Virus record (IMG/VR): IMGVR_UViG_3300031951_000102
Origin: an uncultured virus (IMG/VR IMGVR_UViG_3300031951_000102)
Lineage: Duplodnaviria; Heunggongvirae; Uroviricota; Caudoviricetes
Length of the DNA: 20,000 nucleotides
Direction: 5' to 3' (one strand)
Under the pieces are notes generated by a model. It worked only from the letters and a program-made list of their open reading frames with translations, searched no databases and was not told where the DNA came from. Both the position numbers and the translations under genes were made by a program. Below, piece after piece: positions 9,362-17,239 of this stretch (its first letter is position 1; each line of letters opens with the position of its first letter).

Positions 9362-10067
9362 CCATATCTCCTGATGGGGTTTTTACTTTTTTTCTTAAAT
9401 CGAGTGATGGAACATTTTCCAATAAAAAATTTCTAATAAACTTAGAATCCATGATAGGTAACTCTGATATAAATTTACTAATAAAACCAAGTTCAGAATT
9501 ACCCTCAACATCAACAATTTGTTTTTGTAATCTCCAAGTTATTTTTGGAGCTACTCTTCCTGTCGGATACGATTCAACCATTTTATCAATCTCTAAATTT
9601 TCACCAAAAGTTAATGGTCTAATTTTTACAGTTGACTGTGATTTTGGTAATTTAACGGTAAAAGTACCATCTTCTGATGGGAAATTTTCAACTTTTTTAA
9701 ATTCTAACTCATCTAATAAAATTGTAGTTTCAAATTTCTTACCAGTTTTAGTATCAATTACATCAAATTTATACTCCGGACCAAATGATGTATTTCTCAA
9801 AAAGATAAGAATTGCTTCAACATCAGAATCTATTAAATTTTCAGGTCTAATATCGTGTTCATATATTTTACTTCTTAATAAGTTCAATATAAGTTGTTGA
9901 GAGTTATTTAAACCTGATATTAGTATATTTTCATCGTTAGCGGTTAAGTATCCTATTTTAACACTTTTCTTTTTTGTTTTATAAAATTTACCTTCAGTAG
10001 GTAGTTTTAATAAATCGTGAGGTAGATTAAAATTTTCTTGACCTGCGGTATAAACATTTGGTTCCAT
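9312..10067 (-). CDS. Tail assembly chaperone / baseplate hub assembly protein (T4 gp26-like)
   Basis: 251 aa. LKLPTEGKFY...IGYLTANDENIL, DVEAILIFLRNTSFGPEY, VKLPKSQSTVKIRPLTFGE and a C-terminal EFF motif are typical of gp26-like proteins. Located between tube and tape measure genes. Confidence 0.75.
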   Translation of the reverse strand: MEPNVYTAGQENFNLPHDLLKLPTEGKFYKTKKKSVKIGYLTANDENILISGLNNSQQLILNLLRSKIYEHDIRPENLIDSDVEAILIFLRNTSFGPEYKFDVIDTKTGKKFETTILLDELEFKKVENFPSEDGTFTVKLPKSQSTVKIRPLTFGENLEIDKMVESYPTGRVAPKITWRLQKQIVDVEGNSELGFISKFISELPIMDSKFIRNFLLENVPSLDLRKKVKTPSGDMVDIDVNLGVEFFRPFF

Positions 10068-10099
10068 AAATATTTTTTTAAAAAAATAACTAAAGATAT

Positions 10100-10234
10100 C
10101 TATAAATCAACATTTTTTTTAGACTTTGGTTGATTTAATTTTGTATATCTTTCATTGTGTCTATTTTCAAATTCTTCTTCAGATTCAAACACTTTTCCAC
10201 ATGTTTCACATGTAAAACCACTTAAATTATCCAT
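10100..10234 (-). CDS. Small 44-aa protein with a degenerate C2H2-type zinc-finger motif
   Basis: Below the ORF-track cutoff. ATG at 10234, TAG at 10102-10100. Translation: MDNLSGFTCETCGKVFESEEEFENRHNERYTKLNQPKSKKNVDL. Fills the tube-chaperone gap on the same strand as the module. Confidence 0.6.
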   Translation of the reverse strand: MDNLSGFTCETCGKVFESEEEFENRHNERYTKLNQPKSKKNVDL

Positions 10235-10250
10235 ATGAATATATTAAAAT

Positions 10251-10290
10251 AAAAAAGTTTCTTTATAAAGAGTAATAAAGAAACTTTTTT
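10251..10290. terminator. Intrinsic terminator-like hairpin downstream of the tail tube gene, possibly bidirectional
   Basis: Perfect 16-bp inverted repeat AAAAAAGTTTCTTTAT-(8 nt)-ATAAAGAAACTTTTTT, about 20 nt past the tube stop. It ends in a T-run on both strands. The stem is AT-rich. Confidence 0.65.
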
Positions 10291-10310
10291 TATTAAATTT
10301 TTATTATAAA

Positions 10311-10799
10311 TTAGTATACAAGTATACAACGGTCCATTCTCAAAGATGTTGTAATTGTCGCTAAACCATCTTGACCATAAGCTAATGTATCAAAGTTTGC
10401 TGATTCAATCCACGTACCTTCTAACACCCATTTTTCAACAACAACTCCTGTTGGGTCTAACATCTCTAAATCAACATTTTTCTTATATCCCGCAGCATAA
10501 CCCATACGACCTGTTACAGACTCTGCACATAATCTAACCCATTCCATTAACGCTTGTGAAGCTGAAGGTCCTATTGGGTCTCTAAACTTGACAGAGATAG
10601 TGTTCCAGTTGAATCTTCCTGCAACATATGTTTCAGTATTCAAAAAGGGGATTGGTACGGAGTTAATTTTGATACTAGGTCTTGCTGCAGACTCTACAAA
10701 CCATTCATTAATTCCCAAAGTTGAATCAAACCTTAATATAAACCTATTTACTCTTTTCGGTTCATAAGGTATAGGCATTTTCATCAGTAAATCAGCCAT
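10311..10799 (-). CDS. Tail tube protein (T4 gp19-like)
   Basis: 162 aa. YEPKRVNRF, RPSI, YVAGRFNWNTISVKFRDPI, QALMEW, GYKKNVDLEMLDPTGVVVEKWVLEGTW and LRMDRC are hallmarks of the gp19/CIS tube family. Downstream of the sheath gene. Confidence 0.92.
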   Translation of the reverse strand: MADLLMKMPIPYEPKRVNRFILRFDSTLGINEWFVESAARPSIKINSVPIPFLNTETYVAGRFNWNTISVKFRDPIGPSASQALMEWVRLCAESVTGRMGYAAGYKKNVDLEMLDPTGVVVEKWVLEGTWIESANFDTLAYGQDGLATITTSLRMDRCILVY

Positions 10800-10909
10800 A
10801 TTTTTTTTGTTTTAGTTTTTATTATTTATTAAATAAATATATTAATTTTTTTTTTATTTACTTTTATTTTTTTTTTAAAATATTAGTACTAGTAACATTA
10901 ATTAATATA

Positions 10910-11710
10910 TTAGCTATTCTCTTGTTTTTGAGTTAATACAAAATCAAATTTTTTTCCTGGTAATTTTTCAGAAGCGTATTCAATATTTTTCTTATCATCA
11001 TCTGAAAATACAACTTTAGGTACAAATCTATTTGAAATAAGGTTTTTAATATATGCTGGTTTATGTAAAACTCCTGATATATAATTTACATAATTCCAAA
11101 ATTCTTTTAAAGCTTCCACTTTTAACTTTTCAGGTTTTGCGGCTGAACCACTATTGTAAGTTACTGGATAATATTTATTCATATCCATGTAAGATTCAAT
11201 TAATTCTTCGTCACTCATATCGTCTTCTTCAGCAAACTCACGAAATTTTCTTAAATTTTTAACAAGTTCTTTTTTATCAATACCCTTATAATTTGAATCA
11301 ATCATCATTTCGATTGCCTTTCTAATAACCAAAGGACTATGACCACGAGCTGTAACAATTGCAAAAATAGAACCATTATTTACTGTATTAACAAATTTAT
11401 CCCATTCAGGACCTTCATTTGCAAACATCACATCCATTAAAAATCTTTTATCACCCTTTGTAGAAAAAAATCGATAAGCGTCATCGGCGTATCCAACAAC
11501 TGATTTACCTTTGTATTTAAATGGTTCAACCCCAATTTTAGAACGATATTTCGCATAATCTTCAGTTGACATCAAAACCTCCTCACCATTATCATCCATA
11601 AGAACAATTTGAGTTGGCATACTTAAGATATTATCATCCCAATCGAATGCATAATATAAAGTATCAGGTGTAAATTCTTCTCTTATATTTTCAATTAAAT
11701 ATACTCTCAT
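10910..11710 (-). CDS. HAD-superfamily phosphatase-like protein
   Basis: 266 aa with HAD motif I (FDWDDNI), motif II (IVTARG), a motif III Lys (PEKLKVEAL) and motif IV (FSDDDKKN). Substrate unknown. Confidence 0.75.
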   Translation of the reverse strand: MRVYLIENIREEFTPDTLYYAFDWDDNILSMPTQIVLMDDNGEEVLMSTEDYAKYRSKIGVEPFKYKGKSVVGYADDAYRFFSTKGDKRFLMDVMFANEGPEWDKFVNTVNNGSIFAIVTARGHSPLVIRKAIEMMIDSNYKGIDKKELVKNLRKFREFAEEDDMSDEELIESYMDMNKYYPVTYNSGSAAKPEKLKVEALKEFWNYVNYISGVLHKPAYIKNLISNRFVPKVVFSDDDKKNIEYASEKLPGKKFDFVLTQKQENS

Positions 11711-11723
11711 AATATTAAATATA

Positions 11724-11753
11724 AAAACAAACCGGTTTTACCCGGTTTGTTTT
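11724..11753 (-). terminator. Intrinsic terminator after the tail sheath gene
   Basis: Minus strand reads AAAACAAACCGG-GTAAAA-CCGGTTTGTTTT followed by TATATTT: a 12-bp perfect stem with a GC core and U-rich tail, 13 nt past the sheath stop. Confidence 0.8.
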
Positions 11754-11766
11754 ATTAGTAAATTTA

Positions 11767-14700
11767 TTAGATATTTTCGAATGATGCTCCTGTTGGAGTA
11801 ATGTAGAACGTAATATCAATGAATTCTAAAGATTTAGTTGGTTTGATATAAATTTTACCTGTCATTTGATTTCTATCTAAATCAGAAGTGTCTGAAGAAA
11901 CAGTTACACGGAAATCATATAAACCTCTATCTCTTCTGATAGCGTCTAATATTGGGTTAACCGCATTTAAGAAATCTTGTCTTACCTTAGAATCGTTTTG
12001 TTCAAACAACAATCTCACAGAAACTGCCGAAATCAACTTACGAGCTTGTAATAACAATCTTCTTACATTGATTCTATCAAGAGCGGATTCTTTAACTTGA
12101 AGAGTTTTATTACCCCAAATTACAGTTCCTACGTCTGAGAAAGTTGCAATTGGGTTAATTCTTCCTTTATAAAGAGTATCTCTATCCTCTTGGGTTAGTT
12201 TTTTACGAGCTTTAATCGCGTTTACTATACCACGAGTATAACCAGCGGTTGCGAACCAAGGATAAGCAATGTTATCAGTTAATGCTAAATTTCTACATAC
12301 CTCAGCAGTTGCTGGAATATAAATTTGTGTATTATTAACCGAATCTCTTGTAAGTACCCAAGGATAGTAAGTTGCGGTGTAGTTAGAATCAATACCAGTA
12401 TTATCTAAACTATCAACCGCTTCAGTTGGGTAAATTATTTCAGCGGGGTCTGAAGTTGTTGTTGTAAACAGATTGTAGTCAGGAGTTGTACAAATATACA
12501 ATGAGTCAGCTCTGTTATACTCAATCATATCAATAGCTTCTTCAACCAAGTTTGAGTTATTAATATAATCAATACCAGGTGTAACAAACACATTTATATT
12601 AACAGATTCAGGATTAGCGAAAGTTTGTTGTCCTAACAAATATGCGTAATAATCAGTATTTGCCCAATCCGTACTATTGTTTCCAACAGTAATTTGTTTA
12701 AATGCTCCCCATCCTGAGGCGTTAGGATATTTTATAGATGTACAAGCTCCTTTTAAATAACCTGATTTACCTAAAACAAATCTATCAAGGTTTGTTCTAT
12801 AATCTCTATATATATCCCATCCATCAAATCCACCATTACAAAGAAGAGAGAATTTACGTGCAAATAATCTATAATATTGGTTATCTGCCGATTCAGGGTC
12901 ACTAGTAAATGGAGATGCTCCAACGTAGAACGCTGGTTGTCCTCCAGTCGCAAATCCTGCAGGTATTAAGATAGATTGAGCGTTTATATCCATGTGATAA
13001 CCTCTGGTAAAATAAGCCCAATCATCACCTGTAGTATCATTACAAATATCTAATGGTAATTGTTTTCCTTTATAACTATAGAAATCAACATCATAACCAA
13101 TAGTATCTGAAATACCTAAATAAGTTCTTCTAACATTATCTCCAGGACTTGTATTTGCGTCATTTGCTCCTGTTGAAGTACCAAATGGTTGGTCATAAAC
13201 AACTTCACCAGGATAGTCATATTTAGTTTTGTAAATTGGGAATGGTGATTTAGCTCCGGCGTATTGTCTTGTTAAATAACCCTCAAAACCACAAGGAAGT
13301 GCATCTATTGGTGCATCTTCGTTCATAGTTATCATTACATATTTTGAGTTTAATTGATATTCACCGTTAACAGTACCAATTTTTTGAGCTATGAAGTTAT
13401 TTTCTGTTGGATTCATGCTACAATTAGTGAATTTTTCTAAAACAACAGGATTTGCATCTGTGTCAAAGAAATCTCTAACTAATACGTCAAAAGTACCATT
13501 ATTAAACGACATGTTAGCGATTGAAATTTTAACTTCAATATTCGCTGAATCACCGTCCGCAATTGTTGTGAATTTAAATAAGTTGTAAACTTTATTACCT
13601 CTTAACTCAGAAACAACCCAAGGAGAACTTGGTGACTGATATTGTTCTAAATACCAAGCAATTGTTGTTGAATCAACCCCTTGTCTTGCATTAGGTAAAG
13701 AAATGAATTCACAATTTAATCCTCTAACATATCCTTTCTTGTATCCATAATTTAACAAATTTTGATATCTTTCTTCAACAAACAATGGTACAATTGATTT
13801 AGGTTTACCAAAATTTGAAGAACCAAATACTTTAGAAATATATTTTGGGTCAGAGTTTGTAAATGATGTTTCAAAGAAATATTGAGTACCTGTCTTACCT
13901 GTAATGTTAATACCAAATGTTGCGTATGGATTAGTACTAATTCCACTATAAGGACCTGTACAAACCATTTGAACATCAGATAAACCTGACACTTCATACA
14001 CTGCCCCGTCATCAGTATTATAATTTGCAACACCTCTTGAACGTAGAGTCGCAACTACTAAATCGTCAAAATCAGTATAAGCAGTTCCTGAATACACATA
14101 AATTGTACCCATTACACTACCACTATAACATGTTACAATATTTCCAACATTTTGTGAACCTGTGTTACCTGCAGTTGCTGGATTACATGGATTCTCAATT
14201 GTTACACAAACTGTCCAGTTAGATATAACTGTAGAATCTTCAGATGTTAAAACATATGTTAAACAACCACTTGAAAAATCATTAACAGTCACACCACTTT
14301 GTTGTGGTACTGAACTAACAGTTATATCTGTAGTACATGCACTAAAATCACTAATTACATTTGTTAATGTCGCTGCTGAGAAAGTTGCGTATGGTAATAC
14401 AACGTTAATTGTATTTGTATTGTAATTAATACCACCTGTTACACCACTAACACTATAGTTTATAAAAGATGCACAATTTGATGAAGTTGAAGTTGTTACG
14501 AAATCAACAATTGTTGAATAGAATGATGAACCTGTATAAACAGAATTACCTACATTATTAAATAATGAGTAAAACCATGGGTCATTGTTAGGGTCTGATA
14601 AATCAGCCGTTGACGAACTTACATCATCAACACCATACACATTTGTTAAATCAGTAGTACCGTATGATGAAATCAAACCATCATAATCGTTACCTTCAAT

Positions 14701-15354
14701 CACCCCATAAAAATAAACAGAAGTATTAACTAATGAGTTATTTAAAATTACTTGATTAATTTGATTTTTAATATTTGAATCAATACTTGATATATTTCCG
14801 TTGAATAACTCAAATGGAGTTGTTAATTTCGATTGTATAATATCAGGTAAAGAAGAAGTATATGAAATACTATTAATTCCTGATGTACAACCTGTAAAAT
14901 CAAAAATGTAAGGAATTGTTTCATATTCCAAACAAATTGGTTCACAATCTGTTTCAGGTGAAGCAGGTTCTGCGTTAATACATTTGAATCCTATAGTTGT
15001 TGGGTCAACATTCGCAACAGTATAAATAGACCAAGATGGTCCTGCGTCATATCCTGATAACCCTAAAACTCTAGTTACAAATAATTGATTTGATTGTTGT
15101 AAATATGATTTTGCGATATACGCAGCTTCATATTTTGGGATTTGTGTATTCACAAACTTTTCAGGAGATGTACCACCAAAGTAAGTAGAGAATTCATCAA
15201 AACTTGTGATGAAAATTGGTTCAAAAGCTGGACCTTTTAGAGTTTCCCCTACTATACCTAAAGTTGTCACACCCACACTTTGTGAAACAAAACTTAAGTC
15301 TACTTCAGATGTGTAAACACCTGGAGATACAAAAACTTTACTGTTAGATGCCAT
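11767..15354 (-). CDS. Contractile tail sheath protein (T4 gp18-like) with large insertion domains
   Basis: 1195 aa. N-terminal FVSPGVYTSEVDLS and GIVGETLKGPAFEP. C-terminal YTATYYPWV, PWFATAGYTRG, RDTLYKGRINPI, VIWGNKTLQ, LDRINVRRLL and IYIKPTKSLEFIDITF are classic sheath motifs. Confidence 0.95.
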   Translation of the reverse strand: MASNSKVFVSPGVYTSEVDLSFVSQSVGVTTLGIVGETLKGPAFEPIFITSFDEFSTYFGGTSPEKFVNTQIPKYEAAYIAKSYLQQSNQLFVTRVLGLSGYDAGPSWSIYTVANVDPTTIGFKCINAEPASPETDCEPICLEYETIPYIFDFTGCTSGINSISYTSSLPDIIQSKLTTPFELFNGNISSIDSNIKNQINQVILNNSLVNTSVYFYGVIEGNDYDGLISSYGTTDLTNVYGVDDVSSSTADLSDPNNDPWFYSLFNNVGNSVYTGSSFYSTIVDFVTTSTSSNCASFINYSVSGVTGGINYNTNTINVVLPYATFSAATLTNVISDFSACTTDITVSSVPQQSGVTVNDFSSGCLTYVLTSEDSTVISNWTVCVTIENPCNPATAGNTGSQNVGNIVTCYSGSVMGTIYVYSGTAYTDFDDLVVATLRSRGVANYNTDDGAVYEVSGLSDVQMVCTGPYSGISTNPYATFGINITGKTGTQYFFETSFTNSDPKYISKVFGSSNFGKPKSIVPLFVEERYQNLLNYGYKKGYVRGLNCEFISLPNARQGVDSTTIAWYLEQYQSPSSPWVVSELRGNKVYNLFKFTTIADGDSANIEVKISIANMSFNNGTFDVLVRDFFDTDANPVVLEKFTNCSMNPTENNFIAQKIGTVNGEYQLNSKYVMITMNEDAPIDALPCGFEGYLTRQYAGAKSPFPIYKTKYDYPGEVVYDQPFGTSTGANDANTSPGDNVRRTYLGISDTIGYDVDFYSYKGKQLPLDICNDTTGDDWAYFTRGYHMDINAQSILIPAGFATGGQPAFYVGASPFTSDPESADNQYYRLFARKFSLLCNGGFDGWDIYRDYRTNLDRFVLGKSGYLKGACTSIKYPNASGWGAFKQITVGNNSTDWANTDYYAYLLGQQTFANPESVNINVFVTPGIDYINNSNLVEEAIDMIEYNRADSLYICTTPDYNLFTTTTSDPAEIIYPTEAVDSLDNTGIDSNYTATYYPWVLTRDSVNNTQIYIPATAEVCRNLALTDNIAYPWFATAGYTRGIVNAIKARKKLTQEDRDTLYKGRINPIATFSDVGTVIWGNKTLQVKESALDRINVRRLLLQARKLISAVSVRLLFEQNDSKVRQDFLNAVNPILDAIRRDRGLYDFRVTVSSDTSDLDRNQMTGKIYIKPTKSLEFIDITFYITPTGASFENI

Positions 15355-15416
15355 TACTAGATTTTTTATTAGTTAATTTATTTTATAGATAAATATTTGA
15401 AAAAAAAACAAAATAC

Positions 15417-15444
15417 TTGACATTATACAATGTATTTATAAATT
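15417..15444 (+). promoter_or_regulatory. Candidate sigma70-like promoter for the small RHH gene, with an overlapping inverted repeat
   Basis: TTGACA at 15417-15422, a 16-nt spacer, then TAAATT at 15439-15444. The inverted repeat ACATT-ATAC-AATGT (15420-15433) overlaps the -35 and spacer. Confidence 0.4.
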
Positions 15445-15469
15445 GGGCAGATTATTTTCTGCCTATTTT
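15444..15469. terminator. GC-cored hairpin in the intergenic region between the RHH and sheath genes
   Basis: GGCAGA-TTATTT-TCTGCC (15446-15463), followed by TATTTT on the plus strand. Direction and role are unclear. Confidence 0.4.
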
Positions 15470-15474
15470 CTAAT

Positions 15475-15639
15475 ATGTCAGATAATATCAAAAAAATAAA
15501 AAATCTTAAAATATCAATTGAGACACACGATATACTTAAAAAGTATTGTGATGACAAGGGGATTGTCATGTATAGATTTTTAGAAAAACTAATTGTGGAT
15601 AACTGTAAACCGAAAAAAGATATTTACGGTGAGAATTAA
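15475..15639 (+). CDS. Small ribbon-helix-helix (CopG/Arc-like) DNA-binding protein, 54 aa
   Basis: Below the ORF-track cutoff. Translation: MSDNIKKIKNLKISIETHDILKKYCDDKGIVMYRFLEKLIVDNCKPKKDIYGEN. Alternating strand KNLKIS, helix THDILKKYCDDK, a Gly turn, then a second amphipathic helix. Its stop overlaps the convergent gene's stop at TTAA (15636-15639). Confidence 0.7.
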   Translation: MSDNIKKIKNLKISIETHDILKKYCDDKGIVMYRFLEKLIVDNCKPKKDIYGEN

Positions 15640-16673
15640 ATAAGTAGGTTGTTGAATTGAATTTTTGATTCTAAACTATCGTCGTTTTTTGTTATAGTGA
15701 TTCTAACAACATCTCCTGTATTAACTTGTATTTGACTAATATCTTCACCGTAGTATAAATTATTTATATAAACTTGAAAATGTTCGACATTGAATGTGTC
15801 ACCTAAATTAAGGTTAACGGTATAATCAAATAATTGTGAAATAACACTATTACCAACAAGAAATAACACATCCAAAGTTGTACTTGATGGGTTACTATTA
15901 TTTTTTTTCTGTTTTCTAGAAACTTTTTCATCTAACTCAACAACTTGTAATACTCTATTTATTGCTGGAGATACCTCAAACTCATCCTCATCTATTAAAA
16001 ATCCTAACATTGTAAATTCATATGTTTGAATATAATAATTTCTTTTTTCAATAGATAATTCTGATTCATTACTAATATTATTCATCACTATTGGAATATA
16101 ATGACCTTTGATAACTTGATATGCTTGTCGAGAAGAGAATTTTTCTAATACTACTTTATTAAACGCATTTAATTCTCTCATTCTATTACAAATAATTTTT
16201 ACTGTAAAAGTAATATCAACAGGAACAGGTTGAGGAATTTTATAAACATCATAACCATTTCTTTGACCATCCCATGTCGGAACCTGAGCGTAAAAATAAA
16301 GTCTTCTATTTGGAATATTATAAATTATAGACGGTGAATTACCAAGTTTAACATCTTGATTTCGAACTGTTGTAATAAGAGGAGGCTCAACATTTTTATC
16401 TAAATTTTGAAAATCCCAAGTTTCTACAAATTGTGACCAATTTTGAGTTGTTACAATTATATCAACTGTTGGAATAACCTTACCATTAACAACTGTTTTC
16501 AACTCATCTTTTACAAAATCTAAAAATCCTCTATCCAAATCAGCATGTAAAATAGATTTGGGTAAGTAAGTACCTTCTTTATTAATTTTTTCTAATAACT
16601 CATACCTTCTTGGTAATAAAGTTTTAGGTTCAGTTAAAGGTAAAAAAGGTTTAATTTTTTTTGGTAATGGCAT
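15636..16673 (-). CDS. Tail terminator / sheath stabilizer (T4 gp15-like) with a C-terminal beta-rich extension
   Basis: 345 aa. PPLITTVR and KIPQPVPVDITFTVKIICNRMRELN resemble the gp15 P-V-P-x-(D/N)-x-x-F-x-(L/V)-x-I motif. Located between the neck and sheath genes. Confidence 0.65.
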   Translation of the reverse strand: MPLPKKIKPFLPLTEPKTLLPRRYELLEKINKEGTYLPKSILHADLDRGFLDFVKDELKTVVNGKVIPTVDIIVTTQNWSQFVETWDFQNLDKNVEPPLITTVRNQDVKLGNSPSIIYNIPNRRLYFYAQVPTWDGQRNGYDVYKIPQPVPVDITFTVKIICNRMRELNAFNKVVLEKFSSRQAYQVIKGHYIPIVMNNISNESELSIEKRNYYIQTYEFTMLGFLIDEDEFEVSPAINRVLQVVELDEKVSRKQKKNNSNPSSTTLDVLFLVGNSVISQLFDYTVNLNLGDTFNVEHFQVYINNLYYGEDISQIQVNTGDVVRITITKNDDSLESKIQFNNLLI

Positions 16674-16676
16674 AAA

Positions 16677-17192
16677 TTATAATCCTCTAAATTCATTATT
16701 CATAACTGCAGATGCGATAATTGACCTATAAAATGGTTTATATCCAGCATAAGTGTGTTTATTATCAGATGTAACACGACCATCATTATTAACAACATAG
16801 TATCTTACTCTACTTTCTGTTTCATAATAACCAATGTAGTCACCATAATTAATATCAATACCCAATTCATCTAATTGACGTTGGTATACACCAACAGTTA
16901 GATTACCAGGTTCTACTTGGTCTAATTTTGAAGTACCTAAATATTTGTTTTCAGGTGCTATTATTTTAACATATCCTTTGAACTCAATAGGTGGTAAAAA
17001 CTTAATACCATCTACTAAAGTCTCTCCATATACATCATCAGTTTTGGTTTTAGTTCTATCAACACGATAAAGGACTAATGTGAAATTCATATCACCCTCC
17101 AACCATTCGGAACCTATTGAGATATCCAAACCGAAATCTTCTTCTCCAAAAAATTTACCTAATCTTGTTATTGGAACTTTATTCTCTGACAT
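16677..17192 (-). CDS. Neck / head-closure protein (T4 gp14-like)
   Basis: 171 aa. VLYRVDRTKTKTDDVYGE...F...IEFKGYV and DINYGDYI...YYVV match gp14/head-closure patterns. Directly upstream of the gp15-like gene. Confidence 0.65.
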   Translation of the reverse strand: MSENKVPITRLGKFFGEEDFGLDISIGSEWLEGDMNFTLVLYRVDRTKTKTDDVYGETLVDGIKFLPPIEFKGYVKIIAPENKYLGTSKLDQVEPGNLTVGVYQRQLDELGIDINYGDYIGYYETESRVRYYVVNNDGRVTSDNKHTYAGYKPFYRSIIASAVMNNEFRGL

Positions 17193-17239
17193 ATTGATAA
17201 ATATTAATTAATTGATTATTTTTTATTTAAAAGTGTACA

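Noticed and set aside
9346..9900. 184-aa plus-strand ORF
   Set aside because: In-register antisense mirror of the chaperone gene, with the Ser/Ile/Phe-rich composition typical of shadow frames.
10800..10909. Poly-T tracts and short palindromes (TAGTACTA/TACTAGTA) between the HAD and tube genes
   Set aside because: Expected in very AT-rich intergenic DNA; no stable structure or repeat array.
10355..14425. Short ORFs 10355-10537, 11053-11262, 11888-12100, 12771-12953, 13391-13588, 13752-14054, 14025-14222 and 14162-14425
   Set aside because: All lie within well-supported tube, HAD or sheath genes, in antisense or alternative frames, with no motifs or start context.
1..17192. Bacterial eCIS/tailocin or T6SS locus rather than a phage
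   Set aside because: A gp14-like head-closure gene, a single sheath and tube, a gp26/gp51-like chaperone pair and dense phage-like organisation favour a true phage tail module. The capsid genes are outside the window.
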